Shown here: positions 15,936-31,196 of the stretch, one piece after another
Position numbering within the stretch: position 1 is the first letter of the stretch
Layout of the letters: each line of letters begins with the position of its first letter
Assembly: GCF_009914755.1 (NCBI RefSeq)
Contig: NC_060947.1
DNA from: the human T2T-CHM13v2.0 reference genome, Homo sapiens
Reading direction: 5' to 3' (one strand)
DNA: 64,000 nucleotides
The notes under the pieces: model-generated
Seen by the model: only the letters and a program-made list of their open reading frames with translations
The model's database searches: none
Told to the model about the DNA's origin: nothing
Position numbers and translations under genes: made by a program

Positions 15936-16469
15936 ACAAGTTTTATTTTAGGTTTAGGGGTACATGTGCAGGATTTTTATATTGACAAACTCATGTTGTA
16001 GGGGCTTGTGCAAATTTTGTCACCCAGGTACTAAGCATAGTGCCCAATAGTTATTTTTTCTGATTCTCCTTCTCCTTCCACCCTCCACCCTCAAGTAGGC
16101 CTAAGTATCTTTTGTTCCCCTTTTTGTTGCCATGTGTTCTCATTATTTAGCTTCCACTTATAAGTGAGAACATGCAGTATTTGGTTTTCTGTTCCTGTAT
16201 TAGTTTGCTAGAATAATAGCCTCCAGTTCCACCCATGTTCCCAGAAGGGATATAATATTCTTTTTTCTGGCTGCATAGTATTCCATGGTATATATGTACC
16301 ACATTTTATTTATTCAGTCTGTCATTGATGGGCATTTACGTTGATTCCATGTCTTTGCTATTGCGAATAGTGCTACAATGAACATATGCATACATGTGTC
16401 TTTGTGGTAGAACAACTTCTATTCCTTTTATTTTACTATATTTATTTTCCTATATGTTACCCAGTAATG
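15936..16469 (-). mobile_element. Older L1PA (L1PA13-16-like) 3' end; non-inverted part of an element spanning ~14083-22867
   Basis: 'ttttattttaggtttaggggtacatgtgcagg...ccctccaccctcaagtaggc'. Ends at 'ccagtaatg'. Confidence 0.85.
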
Positions 16470-17222
16470 AACAACTTAAAAATAATAAGAGCCATCTATC
16501 ATAAATCCACAGACAAAATCATACTAAACAGTCAAAAGCTGAATGTATTCCCCTTGAAAACTGGCACAAGATGAGGATGCCCTGTCCCACCACACCTGTT
16601 CATCATAGTATTGGAAGTCCTGGCCAGAGAAATAATGTAAGAGAAATAAATAAATGGCATACAAATAGGAAGAGAGAAAGTCAAACTACCCTGTTTGCAG
16701 AAGAAATGATTCTATATCTAGAAAACCCCATAGTCATGGCCACAAAGCTTCTTAACCTGATAAACAACTTTAGCAAAGTTTCAGAATACAAAATCAATGC
16801 ACAAAAATCATTAGCATTCCTATTCACCAACAGCCAAGCTGAGAGCCAAATCAGGAATGCAATTGCATTTACAACTGCCACAAAAAAATGATACAGCTAG
16901 CCAGTTAGGTCAAAGAGCTCTATGGTGAGAATTACAAAACAATGCAGAAAGAAATCAGACATCACACAAATAAATGAAAAACCATTCCATGCTCATGAAC
17001 AGGAAAAATCAGTATCACTAAAATGGTCATACTGCCTAAAACAATTTACAGATTCAATGCTATTCCTATCAAACTACCAATAATATTCTTCAAAGAACTA
17101 GATAAAACTATTATAAAATTCATATGGAAACAAAAAAGAGCCTGAGTAGCTAAGGCAATCCTAAGCAAAAAGAACAGAAATGAAAGCATCACGGTACCCA
17201 ACTGCAAAATATACTACAGGGC
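16470..17222 (+). mobile_element. Inverted ORF2 segment of the older L1PA, left part
   Basis: [15 protein letters not shown] and [13 protein letters not shown] remnants. Breaks at 'atactacagggc' and resumes at 22003. Confidence 0.88.
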
Positions 17223-17224
17223 GG

Positions 17225-17770
<546 letters not shown>

Positions 17771-20700
17771 TCCATCTGTACCATGGGCGCCAATGCTTCG
17801 GCATTAGAGAAATAGATTGGTCCAGAACAGTTTCCGGTCAACGAGCATTATTTTGGATTAGTCAATTTTGGGAATACCTGCTACTGCAATTCAGTTCTTC
17901 AAGCACTTTATTTTTGTCGTCCGTTTCGGGAAAAAGTTCTTGCATATAAGAGTCAACCTAGGAAAAAGGAGAGCTTTCTTACATGCTTAGCAGATCTCTT
18001 CCACAGCATAGCCACTCAGAAGAAAAAGGTTGGAGTAATACCTCCGAAGAAGTTCATCACAAGATTACAGAAAGAAAATGAGCTTTTCGACAACTACATG
18101 CAACAAGATGCCCATGAATTCTTAAATTACCTACTAAATACAATTGGTGATATTTTACAAGAAGAGAGAAAGCAGGAAAAACAAAATGGTCGCTAACCTA
18201 ATGATAATATTGATAATGAAAATAATAGCAGCACACCAGACCCAACGTGGGTTCATGAGATTTTTCGGGGAACGTTAACTAATGAAACCAGACGTCTTAC
18301 TTGTGAAACTATAAGCAGCAAAGATGGAGATTTTTTAGACCTTTCTGTTGACGTGGAACAAAATACATCAATTACTCACTGCTTAAGGGGTTTCAGCAAC
18401 ACAGAAACTCTATGCAGTTAATACAAGTATTACTGTGAAGAGTGTCGCAGCAAACAGGAAGCACACAAACGGATGAAAGTTTAAAAACTGCCCATGATTC
18501 TAGCTGTACACTTGAAGAGATTTAAATATATGGATCAACTTCATCGATATACAAAACTCTCTTACCGGGTGGTTTTTCCTTTAGAACTTCGTCTATTTAA
18601 CACTTCAGGTGATGCCACCAATCCAGACAGAATGTACGACCTTGTTGCTGTTGTGGTTCACTGTGGAAGTGGTCCCAATCGAGGCCATTATATTGCTATA
18701 GTTAAGAGTCATGATTTTTGGTTGTTGTTTGATGACGACATTGTAGAAAAAATAGATACACAAGCTATTGAAGAATTCTACGGGTTGACATCAGATACTC
18801 AAAGAACTCTGAGTCTGGTTACATCCTTTTCTATCAGTCTCGGGACTGAGGGGGAACCGCGATGAAGAGATACTTTCTGCCTCATTTCTTTTCTGGTTAT
18901 TTTGGAAAGGATCAAGCACTGATTTTTCAAGAAAAGAGAAATGCAGGAAGCTCAGGGGGCAGTAGCAGGCTTTGCACACGATAAAGCAAAAACGATGGAT
19001 TGACAAGCCCTTCTGATCATGGTAGTTGATTTATTTGCTCAGGTATCATGCTGTCTGTACAGTTCCATACAACAAGGAGGTGAAATCCATACCAGCTCCT
19101 CTTGTAAAACAGCCTTCCAGTCATTGACAGGCATTTCCTCTTTGCTAATTGCACCAATAATGCTTTGAATTCCTTAGGGGTGCAGTAGAAAGAATCGGAA
19201 TCTGGGCTGTATTGATAAGGAGATGATGTTGAACGCACTGCATAAATTTGCCTGGTTCAGTATGTATAGAAGCATATTCAGTGGTCTTTTCAAGAGTAAA
19301 CCAGAAATACTTTTGGGCCCAACACTTGCAGTTGCCTTCCTGATGTAAAAACTAACATGCTAGATAATCCAGTGTCGGGAAGACAAAGATGCTTTGCTTC
19401 TCTGAAGAAGCTTATAATAATATACAGTATATGTATATGTAGGGAGCAATTGGTCAAAAGTGGCTTTTTGTTTCCACAAGGGGAAAGACTGGCTATGTAA
19501 TTATAATTTTTTCCTTATTTATTTTACTTAAAACTGGTAGAGTCTAAGTATTGTATGAAGTGCCCATGATTCTGTCAGTAAATTTGAGCATATTTTTATC
19601 AGTTAATGTCATTTTAGCTGGTCCTTTTGTTTCTATTTTTAAGGCGAATTTTAAATTATATCTGAAATCAGTAAGATACCTTGAGAAAAACTGCAATGAG
19701 AGGAGGTAAATATCCTTTTCAGGAGGAACTGATATCTCTGGCTAAATATTTGTCCTTTTATTATGGCTTCTAAATCAGTTATTTTCTTCAGCTTTAATTT
19801 CATAAAATTAAAAAACTATATAAAAAATTCCTGTAGTTGTTGGAATAATTAAAAATTCTGGTGCAGTGGTGGTATACCAATCTTTAGAATTCTTAAGAAT
19901 TCTAATGTTTCAAGTTGAGGTCATGCTTGGGAAAATCATGTCATAGCATTTATGTTATTTTCAGATATCATTTTTTACCTTGGAAAGAAGTAATAATGTT
20001 CATCATAACCCTAGCGGCCTGGATAGTGAGCTAAACAAACCCTTTGAAGATTACATTTTAATCAAGTAGACTAGGAATACAAAAAACAAGTCCTTCCTCC
20101 CCTTCCCCCCACCTTTACAAATCTTACTGGAAGGGTGTTCAGAAATTAAAATTTGTGTTTGCTAAGACTTCATTCTGTTGGGGGTTTTAAGAAGTAATAT
20201 AAGTAATGTAAAATGTATGTAAACCACTGCAGTTTTTTTGGACATTTTTCCATGTATCAGTAAGTTGTCTGACAGTAGCCAAATGTAACTTGCAGAAAGT
20301 TATTGAAAGTTATATTGAGAATAATAGCAATCAGGCCTTGGATGTTCTTTATTAAACTCTTTTCAAGCAGTAAATTAAAAAAAAAATCTGCCATTTTCTA
20401 AAGTTCTTTTGCTAAGACTGTTGACTACGGAAAACAAACAACAAAACGGAATGTTTTTAGTCTGCTGCTATTATTAACATTTGTTATCTGTACCTTTTGG
20501 CTCAGGAAATTACTTCACGTATTTGTTCCATAAGCAGACTTTTAACAGGGTCATTTAGGTAACTGGGCTGCTTAAACAGATGTGCTGGGAGAAAATTATA
20601 ATATTTAGTATTTGTACTAAATATCAAAAGTATTTTGGCAAGTTTCTTTTTAAAATAGTTTCTAAAGCCTTACCCTGGCTAGAGATGTTTTGTACAAATG

Positions 20701-21726
20701 ATATACAGCCTGCCTGATCTACCAACTTGCCAGAGAATCACAATCAACAATGTGGGGAAAGTCAGGGCAGTGGAAGTGGATGCACACTTTTTATTTTGAG
20801 GGCTTAAACCAAATTGTTTTGGAATTAAAGCTGTATTTCTGCAACTTTCAGTACAGAGAAAAAGAGGAAAGTGAAGCTGTGTCAGTTTTAACATTAGCTA
20901 TATCACAACATGTTTAAGAAAGATAGATGAAGTCATTTGCATAAAGGTACAGCATTGAAATACTATGTTGTGTTTGTTTTTACATTTTTGCAAAAAGAAA
21001 TACAGTAAAAGCCAAGTTAAATTTCATATTAAAGCAAGTTCTAGTATATGTATTGAGTTGCTGGTAGTCACATACTTTGTTCACATCTGCACCATACTTC
21101 GTAGTATGATTTGTCAGGGGAGGGACTGTGGGGTGACAGTTTCACATTTACTTTTTCTTCTTAATGCAGCTGGATCTAAGTAAAATGTTTTGAAGTTTAT
21201 CAGAAACTCAATATACTTTTAAAATATATAGGGTCAGGGTTGGGGGAAAAATACAGGTATAGTAAGAAAAGTGACCCATGAAGAAAGCATTGTGAGGTTG
21301 TATGTTGGTTGACTGTGATTAAAATGCGAAGCTGGTGTAAGTTGTAAACGGTGGCTGATTGCCATGTAACTATGTACATGATTGTTGGGATGGCTGTCCC
21401 ATATTTTGTATATTGGAATAAAAATTTCTATAAATTATTGTAACTAAAAGTAAATATTCTAAATTAAATCCCACTTCTTAAGTCTCATGGCTTCTGTCTT
21501 GGAAACTTTACCTTTAAAAGATTATTTAAGACAGGAACCAGGAGTTTTGGGCACAGGGAAAGAAGGAAATGCTGTATTATGTGGGTCTTGTGGCCTCTAA
21601 CCATCAGTATAGGGTTTTTTCTTTCCTTGATGGCAGTAGAAAGACCTCATTTTCATAACATAACTACTCTTAATACTTTCTTAAAAACACTTTTTATTAA
21701 ACATTCCATCATGAAGTATTTGGCTG

Positions 21727-21905
21727 GGAGCTGGGAGGCTAAAGCACTCATGTCCTGGCTCTTCAGTGAATTTAACTGTGTGACCTTGGGCAAGTCACTT
21801 AACCTCTCTGTACTTCAGTCTCCGTGTCTTGTAAAATGAGAGTAATACTTACCTCACAGTGTTGTTGTGGGGATTAATTAGAGATAACATCTGTAAAGCA
21901 CTTAA
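21727..21905 (+). mobile_element. MIR within the copied USP12 3'UTR
   Basis: MIR core 'ctgtgtgaccttgggcaagtcacttaacctctctgtacttcagt...tgtaaaatg'. Confidence 0.9.
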
Positions 21906-22002
21906 GGTTCTTGAAGAAGGTTCTATATAAATACAAAATAATATCTACTAAAGTTGGTTTATTTGTGAAAAAAGAAATATATATATACACAGGTATACAT
22001 AC

Positions 22003-22867
22003 ATACACTACAGGGCTACAGTAACCAAAACAGTGTGGCACTGGTATAAAAACAGACACATAGACTAATGGAACAGAATATAGAGCCCAGAAATAAGGCT
22101 GCCCACCTAAAATTATCTGATTTTTGACAAAGTGACAAAAACAAGCAATGGAGAAAAGACTCCCTCCTATTCAATAAATGGTGTTGGGATAACTGGCTAG
22201 CCACATGGAGAAGATTTAAACTGCACCCATTTTTTACTTCACATACAAAAATGAACTCAAGGCAGAATAAAGATTTAAATGTGAAAACCAACACTATAAA
22301 AACCCTGAAGGACAACCTAGAAAAATACCATCCTGGACCTAGAAACTGGCAAAGATTTCATGACAAAGATCCCAAAAGCAATGTTAGTAAAAGCAAAAAT
22401 TTACAAATAGGATGTATTTAAATGTAAGAGCTTCACCATAGCCAAAGAAACTATCAACAGAGTACACAGACAACCTATGGAACAGGAGAAAATATTTGCA
22501 AACTATGCATTTGACAAAGGTCTAATATATAGTATCTATAAGGACCTTAAACAAGTTTACAAGCAAAACACCAAGAGCCACATTAAAAAGGAGGCAAAGG
22601 ACATGAGCACACTTTTCAAAAGAAGACATACATGTGGCCAACAAGCATGTGAAAAAAAAATTCAATTATCACTGAGCATTAGAGAAATGCAAATCAAAGC
22701 CACAGTGAGATATCATCTCATACCTGTCAGAGTGGCTATTACTAGAAGTTGCAAAGTAACAGATGTTGGCGAGGTTGTGCAGAAAAGGGAATCTTTATAC
22801 GCTGTTGGTGGGAGTGTAAGTTAGTTCAACCATCATGGAAAGCGGTGTGGCAATTTCTCAAAGAGCT
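22003..22867 (+). mobile_element. Inverted ORF2 segment of the older L1PA, right part
   Basis: Resumes 'ctacagggctacagtaaccaaaacag' exactly where 17222 stopped. Ends at 'ctcaaagagct'. Confidence 0.9.
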
Positions 22868-24303
22868 AAATAAAGGTTTCAATAGGCATTTGTAGTAAGA
22901 TATTTCATGTTCTGTTTAAGTCTTTCACAGTTCATATTCTTGGTAAGACCTCATTAGTAAAATCTCCAGAAATTCCACTACGTGTAGTCTCCCTAAACAT
23001 AAGGCTGAGTCATTAAGACAGTAGCATAACCTAGAACTCTTAAGTCCCTGCTTTTCTGGAAGCCAATTTAGGTAGTTATATATTTCAATCAGAGAGTGAA
23101 ACATGCATTAGCCTTAAGATTTTATTCAGAATTTTATAGATAAGTGTCTCATTGTTTCAATTATAATCCATTGAGATGACTGAATATCTCACTAATGGAA
23201 CAATGTTTCCTCTCAAAATTTATATTTGAATGTTTTAATACAAATGAAAATATTCTTATTTTTCTGTAGTACTTTGTTATCCTAAAATTTCAAAAATGTC
23301 AAAATCAAATATAAATATGATTGAAAATCAGTTTGTAAGTCTGTTCTTATCATTTTTTGTAAGAATTTATTTTACCTAAGCTAGCTTTGCTTCACATTAT
23401 ATTTTGTGGAATTTTAATAAATGGTTTTGAATAGCAATCAACACAGAAGTTTTTCTAATATTTTTATTTGGTGCATAAAACATTAAACAAATGACAGTTT
23501 CTCTTGTTTCAAATGAATGTGTCAGTGCTGAAAAAATTTTGATATGCTACTCACATGAGCTCACTTATAGAATTTGAGAGAAAAATAACACAATTCAAAT
23601 GTTATTTTATTTTGAAAACAACCCATTTATGAGGACATATTTACTGGCTATTTGTCCATATACACTTTTTTTCAAAAGGAGGTATGTGTTTGTTTATGTG
23701 TATGTGTATGTATGTGTGCATGCACACTCATGTACACCTATACATTTATTAATATGGAAAACAGCTAAAACTTTAAAGAAACGTTTCTGGTCTTTGTTTT
23801 TATTTCATTCATGACATTTCAAAGAAAACTCTACTAATTGGCTGCCATTGGGTCAGATTCCCACAGCTGGCTTAATTTTAAAATAGAGGATCTACCACAG
23901 CATATACAGCAATAATTTCATAATTTTTAATTGAATCAAGATTTTTAAATTTTATAATGAAGTATATGTATGTAAGGTATCTGAGAACATATTTACCCAG
24001 ATAATTTATTTTTTCTTTATATTTATAATTGCAAATATAATTCTACAGTACAAATTATTAGGTAATTTAAAAAGCTCCTTACTAGAAGAAGGTTATTATA
24101 AAGGGGAAAAAAATCATACTTCAATTAGAAATTTAAAAGTTTTCCTTATAATTTCTAAATGTTAGTGCATCTTAATGTAGAAATGATTTAATTTTTAATT
24201 AAATAAAAATAATTTTCCCATAAAAGTACATATATATATCTTTACTTCAGAAGACTATAAAATTTAAATATTATATCGATTAATTTGTATAATAAAATTA
24301 ATC

Positions 24304-24305
<2 letters not shown>

Positions 24306-24336
<31 letters not shown>
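24306..24336. repeat. (TG)15 microsatellite
   Basis: Perfect dinucleotide run. Confidence 0.98.
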
Positions 24337-24338
<2 letters not shown>

Positions 24339-24449
24339 TTGAGTCATAAGTCATTCTCAAATTTGTAAGTTAGGCAATATTACAAAATGTAGTTATCATT
24401 TAATGTTTCCCATTCAATGCGGCAAGTTATATTTTATATTTTATTACTG

Positions 24450-24600
24450 AAATGATCCTCACGACAGTGCTATAAAGGTCGTACTTTCAATATGTCTACT
24501 TTACAGATGAAACAGCTGAGTTAGAGAGATTATGTGCTTTATTCAAAGTTATATTTTTAGCATGAGGCAGGGCTATAATTTGAACCCAAAATGTCTGACA
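24450..24600 (-). mobile_element. MIR fragment
   Basis: 'atcctcacgacag...tttacagatgaaacagctgag...tttgaaccca'. Confidence 0.65.
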
Positions 24601-24845
24601 CGAGAGTTTACCCCCCTAAATTCTGAAGAAAATTTCTCGAATAAAGAAAGCACCCAAGGTGGAAATCAATACATATTAAAACATATATGATTTGTTTGTG
24701 AGAATATCATGGACAATTTCTCGTAATTCTGAAGGTTTAAAAGCATGCATAACAAATGAATCAGTTCATAATTTCAAATGACATAAAACTCAGTTTAAAA
24801 AGTAATTAAAGTATCTATTATCAAACATAAAGTACAATAATACTA

Positions 24846-25237
<392 letters not shown>

Positions 25238-25674
25238 TTAAAATATATCTTTTGTGATTCCTCTAACAGCTCAAACATCACATAAAACAATGCAGAGGGT
25301 CAAAGCATTGTCATGTTCAGTTATTTCAGCAGCTAGTCATATATGACAGTAGGCATCTATTCTTTGAATAAATACGTTGAGACAGTTGTGTAGAATCCAC
25401 TCACATGATATCCAACATATAACTGAAAATTACAATTGAAACTGATGGTTTAAACCATTAATTGCACCATCCAATGAATTTTGTATATTTGTTATTTATG
25501 CTTGATAACTTGAATTGACTAATTGGTTCATAGATTGCCCGCTACTAATTCACCACCTCCAAAACACGAACATCCCTTTGAGTACTTCTGTACTTGATCA
25601 CACAAACAGAAAGGAGAAAGCACAGGTTTTGATTCTATCCACTGTGCTAAGAGCAGTATTCATTATTTACTTAA

Positions 25675-26031
25675 TGCTATAGTCTGAATGTTTCCTCCAA
25701 AATCCATGTTGAAATTTAATGGCTGTTGTGATTATATTAAGAGGTGAGAATAGTAAGAATGGGTTGCTGCCATATGCCATGGGGATGAGTTAATTATCCC
25801 GGGAGTAGGTTCCTGATCAAAAGCATGAGTTATACCCTCTTTCTCTCTATCTGATGTACTCACCTGCCCTTCTGTCTTCTGCCATGGTTTGCTGCATCAC
25901 AAAGGCCTTCACTAGAAGCCAGCTCTTAGCCTTCTCAGCCTTCAAAACCCTGAGGCATATAAACTTCAATTTTTTAAATTAATTACCCAGTCTCTGGTAC
26001 TCTGTATGGCAACACAAAATAAACTAGGACA
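25675..26031 (+). mobile_element. MST (MSTC-like) MaLR solo LTR
   Basis: TG...CA termini ('tgctatagtctgaatg'...'aattacccagtctctggt...actaggaca'). TSD cttaa/tttaa. Confidence 0.8.
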
Positions 26032-26274
26032 TTTAACTTAGTTATTAGCTCTTCACTATAATTTTATTTGAACCTTTTTTGTATCAAGTGAGTAAGAACA
26101 GCATGATATGTACTCAAAAAGTAGAAAGTAAATGAATATTTTAAAATAAATTATGCATTCAATCTCAAGCTGCTTTATCTGAATTACTGAAATTAGTTTT
26201 CCTCTCATAGCAAGTTTTTATTAAAAATGTCTAAAACATTCAAAGGCAAAAATATATTACAAAAATTTACCTTC

Positions 26275-26660
26275 TGATACGGTTTGGATCTGTGTTCCTG
26301 TCCAAATCTTGTGTTGAATTGTAATATCGGAGGTAGGGCCTGGTGGGAGGTAACTGGATCACCAGGGTGGTTTCTCATGGTTTAACACCATTCTCCTTGG
26401 AGCTTTGAGTTCTCACAAAATATGGTTGTTTAAAGCTATGTAACACCTCCCCGCTCCCTCTCTTGGTCCTATTACTGCATTGTAAGGCGCCTCCTCCCAC
26501 TTTGCCTTCTGCCTTGAGTAAAAGTTCCCTGAGGCCTCCCCAGAAGCAGATGATGCCATGCTTCCTGTACAGCCTATGGAACCATAAGCCAATTAAATCT
26601 CTTTTCTTATAAATGACCCAGTCTCAGGTATTTATAGCAGTGCAAGAATGGAGTAATACA
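26275..26660 (+). mobile_element. MSTA MaLR solo LTR
   Basis: 'tgatacggtttggatctgtg'...'gagtaataca'. Perfect 5-bp TSD ccttc (26270-26274 / 26661-26665). Confidence 0.92.
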
Positions 26661-27799
26661 CCTTCCTTATGCTAAAGAAATGCTTCGCTATGTAAAGGGT
26701 TATATATACACACACAAACGTATACAGAAACAGAGACTAACTGGAGTCAGTTCTTAAAAGTTTCTAGGAAGCTGATACCAAACATAAATTTTACTAACAA
26801 AGAAGAAAGAAAAGAAAAGGAAACATATAGTGTGTTGATTTATTCTAACCCAGCTACTTATATATGCCAGGTACTAGTACTCTTCATTTGAAAATATAGA
26901 TATTACTTTTAATGTTATTTGCAAAAAATAATAAATTAAAATAAATATATGTTTATATTACACCAGATTATATCATATGAGCATTAGGGTATATTACTTC
27001 TCTCCCATGACTTTTGTTTTCACAAAGGCAAAAGATTGACAGATCAGCCATGCTACTAGTTTAGTAAATTTAGGTAAATGAATTAACTGTCCTATATTAT
27101 AGTAAAAATAGAGGAAAGAATAAAGTGTTTGGTGGATAGAATAATCTTTTACGAACAGCTAGAATGGTAGTTCTACTAGAATATTATCCGTACTCTTTAG
27201 TAGACAAAAATTTTTTACACATCATTGTAGGAAACAGGGCAATTTGAAATTAACTGGTGCTAAAATCTTTTCATTACAGAAGTATTTGTCAAAGTAAGAG
27301 CCTGGATTCACATTCATCAGAGTATGCTCTAAGCACTTCCTGTATCACTTAGGATGTAGCAAGTCACAAAGATTATTGTTGTCTAACATCAGTAATAAGC
27401 CAGGTAAGTTACAAAGGCATAGTTTCTCTTTTTAAAAAAGTTTTAAATCTGAGGATAAAAAGAAAACTAAATCAACTAAAATGCAGAACATGAGAAGCCC
27501 TTTATAGGAGAGAAGAGGCTCATGTTTACTTTGTTCCTTTATAGAGTGCTGTGAGGAGAGGAATCTACTATAGATAATTGTTAATAGCAACCACTCAAAT
27601 ATTGAACAGACCTTTGATAGCATGTATAAGCTGGTTTATTGAATTGGGATCTGCAAACACCCCAGCAATTAAAAAAGTATGTACAGTGCTTTCAACACTT
27701 TCCCATGGGCCCTCAAAGAATCTTAAGGGATAATATGCTAAAAGTTGCAGACAGAAGAGAACTGAGAGATAGAGCCTCCAGAGATATAACTACCCTACT

Positions 27800-28862
<1,063 letters not shown>

Positions 28863-28894
28863 ATGCTACAAGAATTTTAACCATTTTTTTCTAG

Positions 28895-29020
28895 TTACAG
28901 TGCTGATTCATAGATCCTACAACAGACCTATTGAAACTGGAATTGCAGGTTTGAGGCCCTAGAATGTGCAATATTAACCAGCATACTGGGCAACTCTAAT
29001 ACACATTAAAATCTTAAACC
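28895..29020. mobile_element. MER5-like hAT DNA transposon relic
   Basis: 'cagacctattgaaactggaattgcagg...gccctagaatgtgcaatattaaccagc'. Confidence 0.5.
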
Positions 29021-29129
29021 CTTATCTGTAATATTCAACTTTATGTATTTTTACTACTGTATTTGCAAATTTTATTACTTCACTGTGGGCACGTAACTGA
29101 TTTATAAACCTTTAAATAATGGTGTATGC

Positions 29130-30650
29130 TTAGAGAATCTTTTTATCTCTTATTGATTCTAACATTTTTCTTGTCCTCTGGATTTAAAAAATTTTATTAT
29201 GGTATACCTTGGTGAGATGTGCTTCATGCTTTTTGTGCTAGTTAGGATTCACTGAGCTGTGGGTTTATAATTTTCAAGTTTGGAAAATTTCTAGCCATTG
29301 TATCTCTAAATATATTTCTGTTTGTTCCATCTCATCTATTCCGATGACTTGAGCTGCACATATATTAGGCAATTTGAAGTTGTCTTGCTGTTCATTGACA
29401 CTCTGCTAATTTTATTAGTCTTTCATGTTTTCTGTGATTTATTTTACATAGCTTTCTTATTGCTTTCTTCAAGTGTACAAATCCTTTCTATGTGGAAAAT
29501 CTAGTCTGCCATTTATCCCATCCAGCGAATTTTATCTCAGGCATTCATTCTTACCTTCATCTCTGGACGTTAGATCTGAATCATTTTATACAACTCCCAA
29601 TTCTCTACCTAATATGCTTTAATGTTTTGTCTGGCTTCTTAAACATAATAAAAACTGTTATAATAATTATTGTTATGTCATGTTTATTAATCAATGTACT
29701 TCTGTATCTGTTTTGACTAATTGATTTTCCCTCAATATTAATTTGTATTTTTCTGTTACTTTGCATGCTTGGTAAATTTGAATTGCTTATAATACATTGT
29801 GAATTTTAAATTGTGGATGCTAAATATTTTGTTAACCTATAAATTTTTGGATATTTGTTATTGGTCATGTTTTCATTACTTAGAAATAGTTTGATATTGG
29901 CCGGGCGTGGTGGCTCACGCCTGTAATCCCAGCACTTTGGGAGGCCGAGGCGGGCGGATCACGAGGTCAGGAGACCGAGACCATCCTGGCTAACACGGTG
30001 AAACCCCGTCTCTACTAAAAAAATAAAAAAATTAGCCGGGCGTGGTGGCAGGCACCTGCTGTGCCAGCCACGCGGGAGGCTGAGGCAGGAGAATGGCATG
30101 AACCCAGGAGGCAGAGCTTGCAGTGAGCAGAGATGCACCACTGCACTCCAGCCTGGGCTACAGAGCAAGACTCCGTCTCAAAACAACAACAACAACAACA
30201 ACAAAAACAAAAACAAAAAAACCCAGAAATAGTTTGTTTGATATTTTCGGTTTTGCTGTTAAGCTTTGTTAGAAGATACTGAAACATAGTTTATTCTAGG
30301 ACTAAATTTTTCAACTACTTATGCAAAATGCTACTTAGTACTTTAATGGTGCCCCATCAATTATACAGTTCACTGCTTTGATTGTTGGAAACAGGCACTC
30401 TTCTTAGCTCAGTGTGAGGTCTTGGTATTGTTCCCTCTAACTCCTTTGGGTAATTCTCTCCCTAAACTGGTAATTTCCTCACATACTTGTGCTGATCAGT
30501 ACTCAGTTGAATATTAGAGATTTCTGAAGTTCTGTTTGCACAAATACTTTGTAATATAAATGCTAGCTGCTTTTTCATCCCTAGAGTGGCAGCTGCTTCT
30601 GAATACAAGGAAATTGCAGGGTTTAACCTGAGTTAATACTCTCAATCAGT
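29130..30650 (-). mobile_element. Old L1M 5'/ORF1 relic interrupted by an AluY
   Basis: 'aagtttggaaaatttctagccattgtatctctaaatatatttctg', 'ttactttgcatgcttggtaaattt'. Confidence 0.55.
29899..30224 (+). mobile_element. AluY with an (AAC)n/(AAAAC)n-converted tail
   Basis: AluY diagnostics. TSD agaaatagtttgatatt (29882-29898) / agaaatagtttgtttgatatt (30225-30245). Confidence 0.96.
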
Positions 30651-31196
30651 CATACAGCCCAGAAATCTACATCTTGGACTGCAATGATTCATGTATTTGA
30701 CTTTTTGATATTTTTCTATTAGTCCCTGATGTTCTGTTCCTTTTTTGGTTTTGTTTTCTATCTTCCAGATTGATTAATCACTAATGATTTATCTTCAAAT
30801 TCATCCACTCTCTCTATCATCTCTATTCTGCTACTGAGCACATCCTGTACATTTTTTAAATTTCAGAAAAGTATTTTCAGCGCTAAATTTTTCAGTTGTT
30901 TCATAGCATATACGTGTGTGTGTATAAACACATACATATGTATATTTGTCAGATTCACCTTCCGTCACTCTCAAGTGTGTTTACTTTTCACCTTATAGAG
31001 AATGGTTATAAATTAGCTGATTTAAAGTATTTTTCTGATAATTCCATTATTTAAAAATCTCTTTCTTTAATGAAAAAAATGCACATTCCTTGTTACTCCT
31101 TGCATTTTTCTTTTGGCTGTTTCTAAAAGGACATAGAATCTAATATAATGCAGAATTTAAGCCAAATATATCTGAAAGAAATGGGCATGAAGAGGG

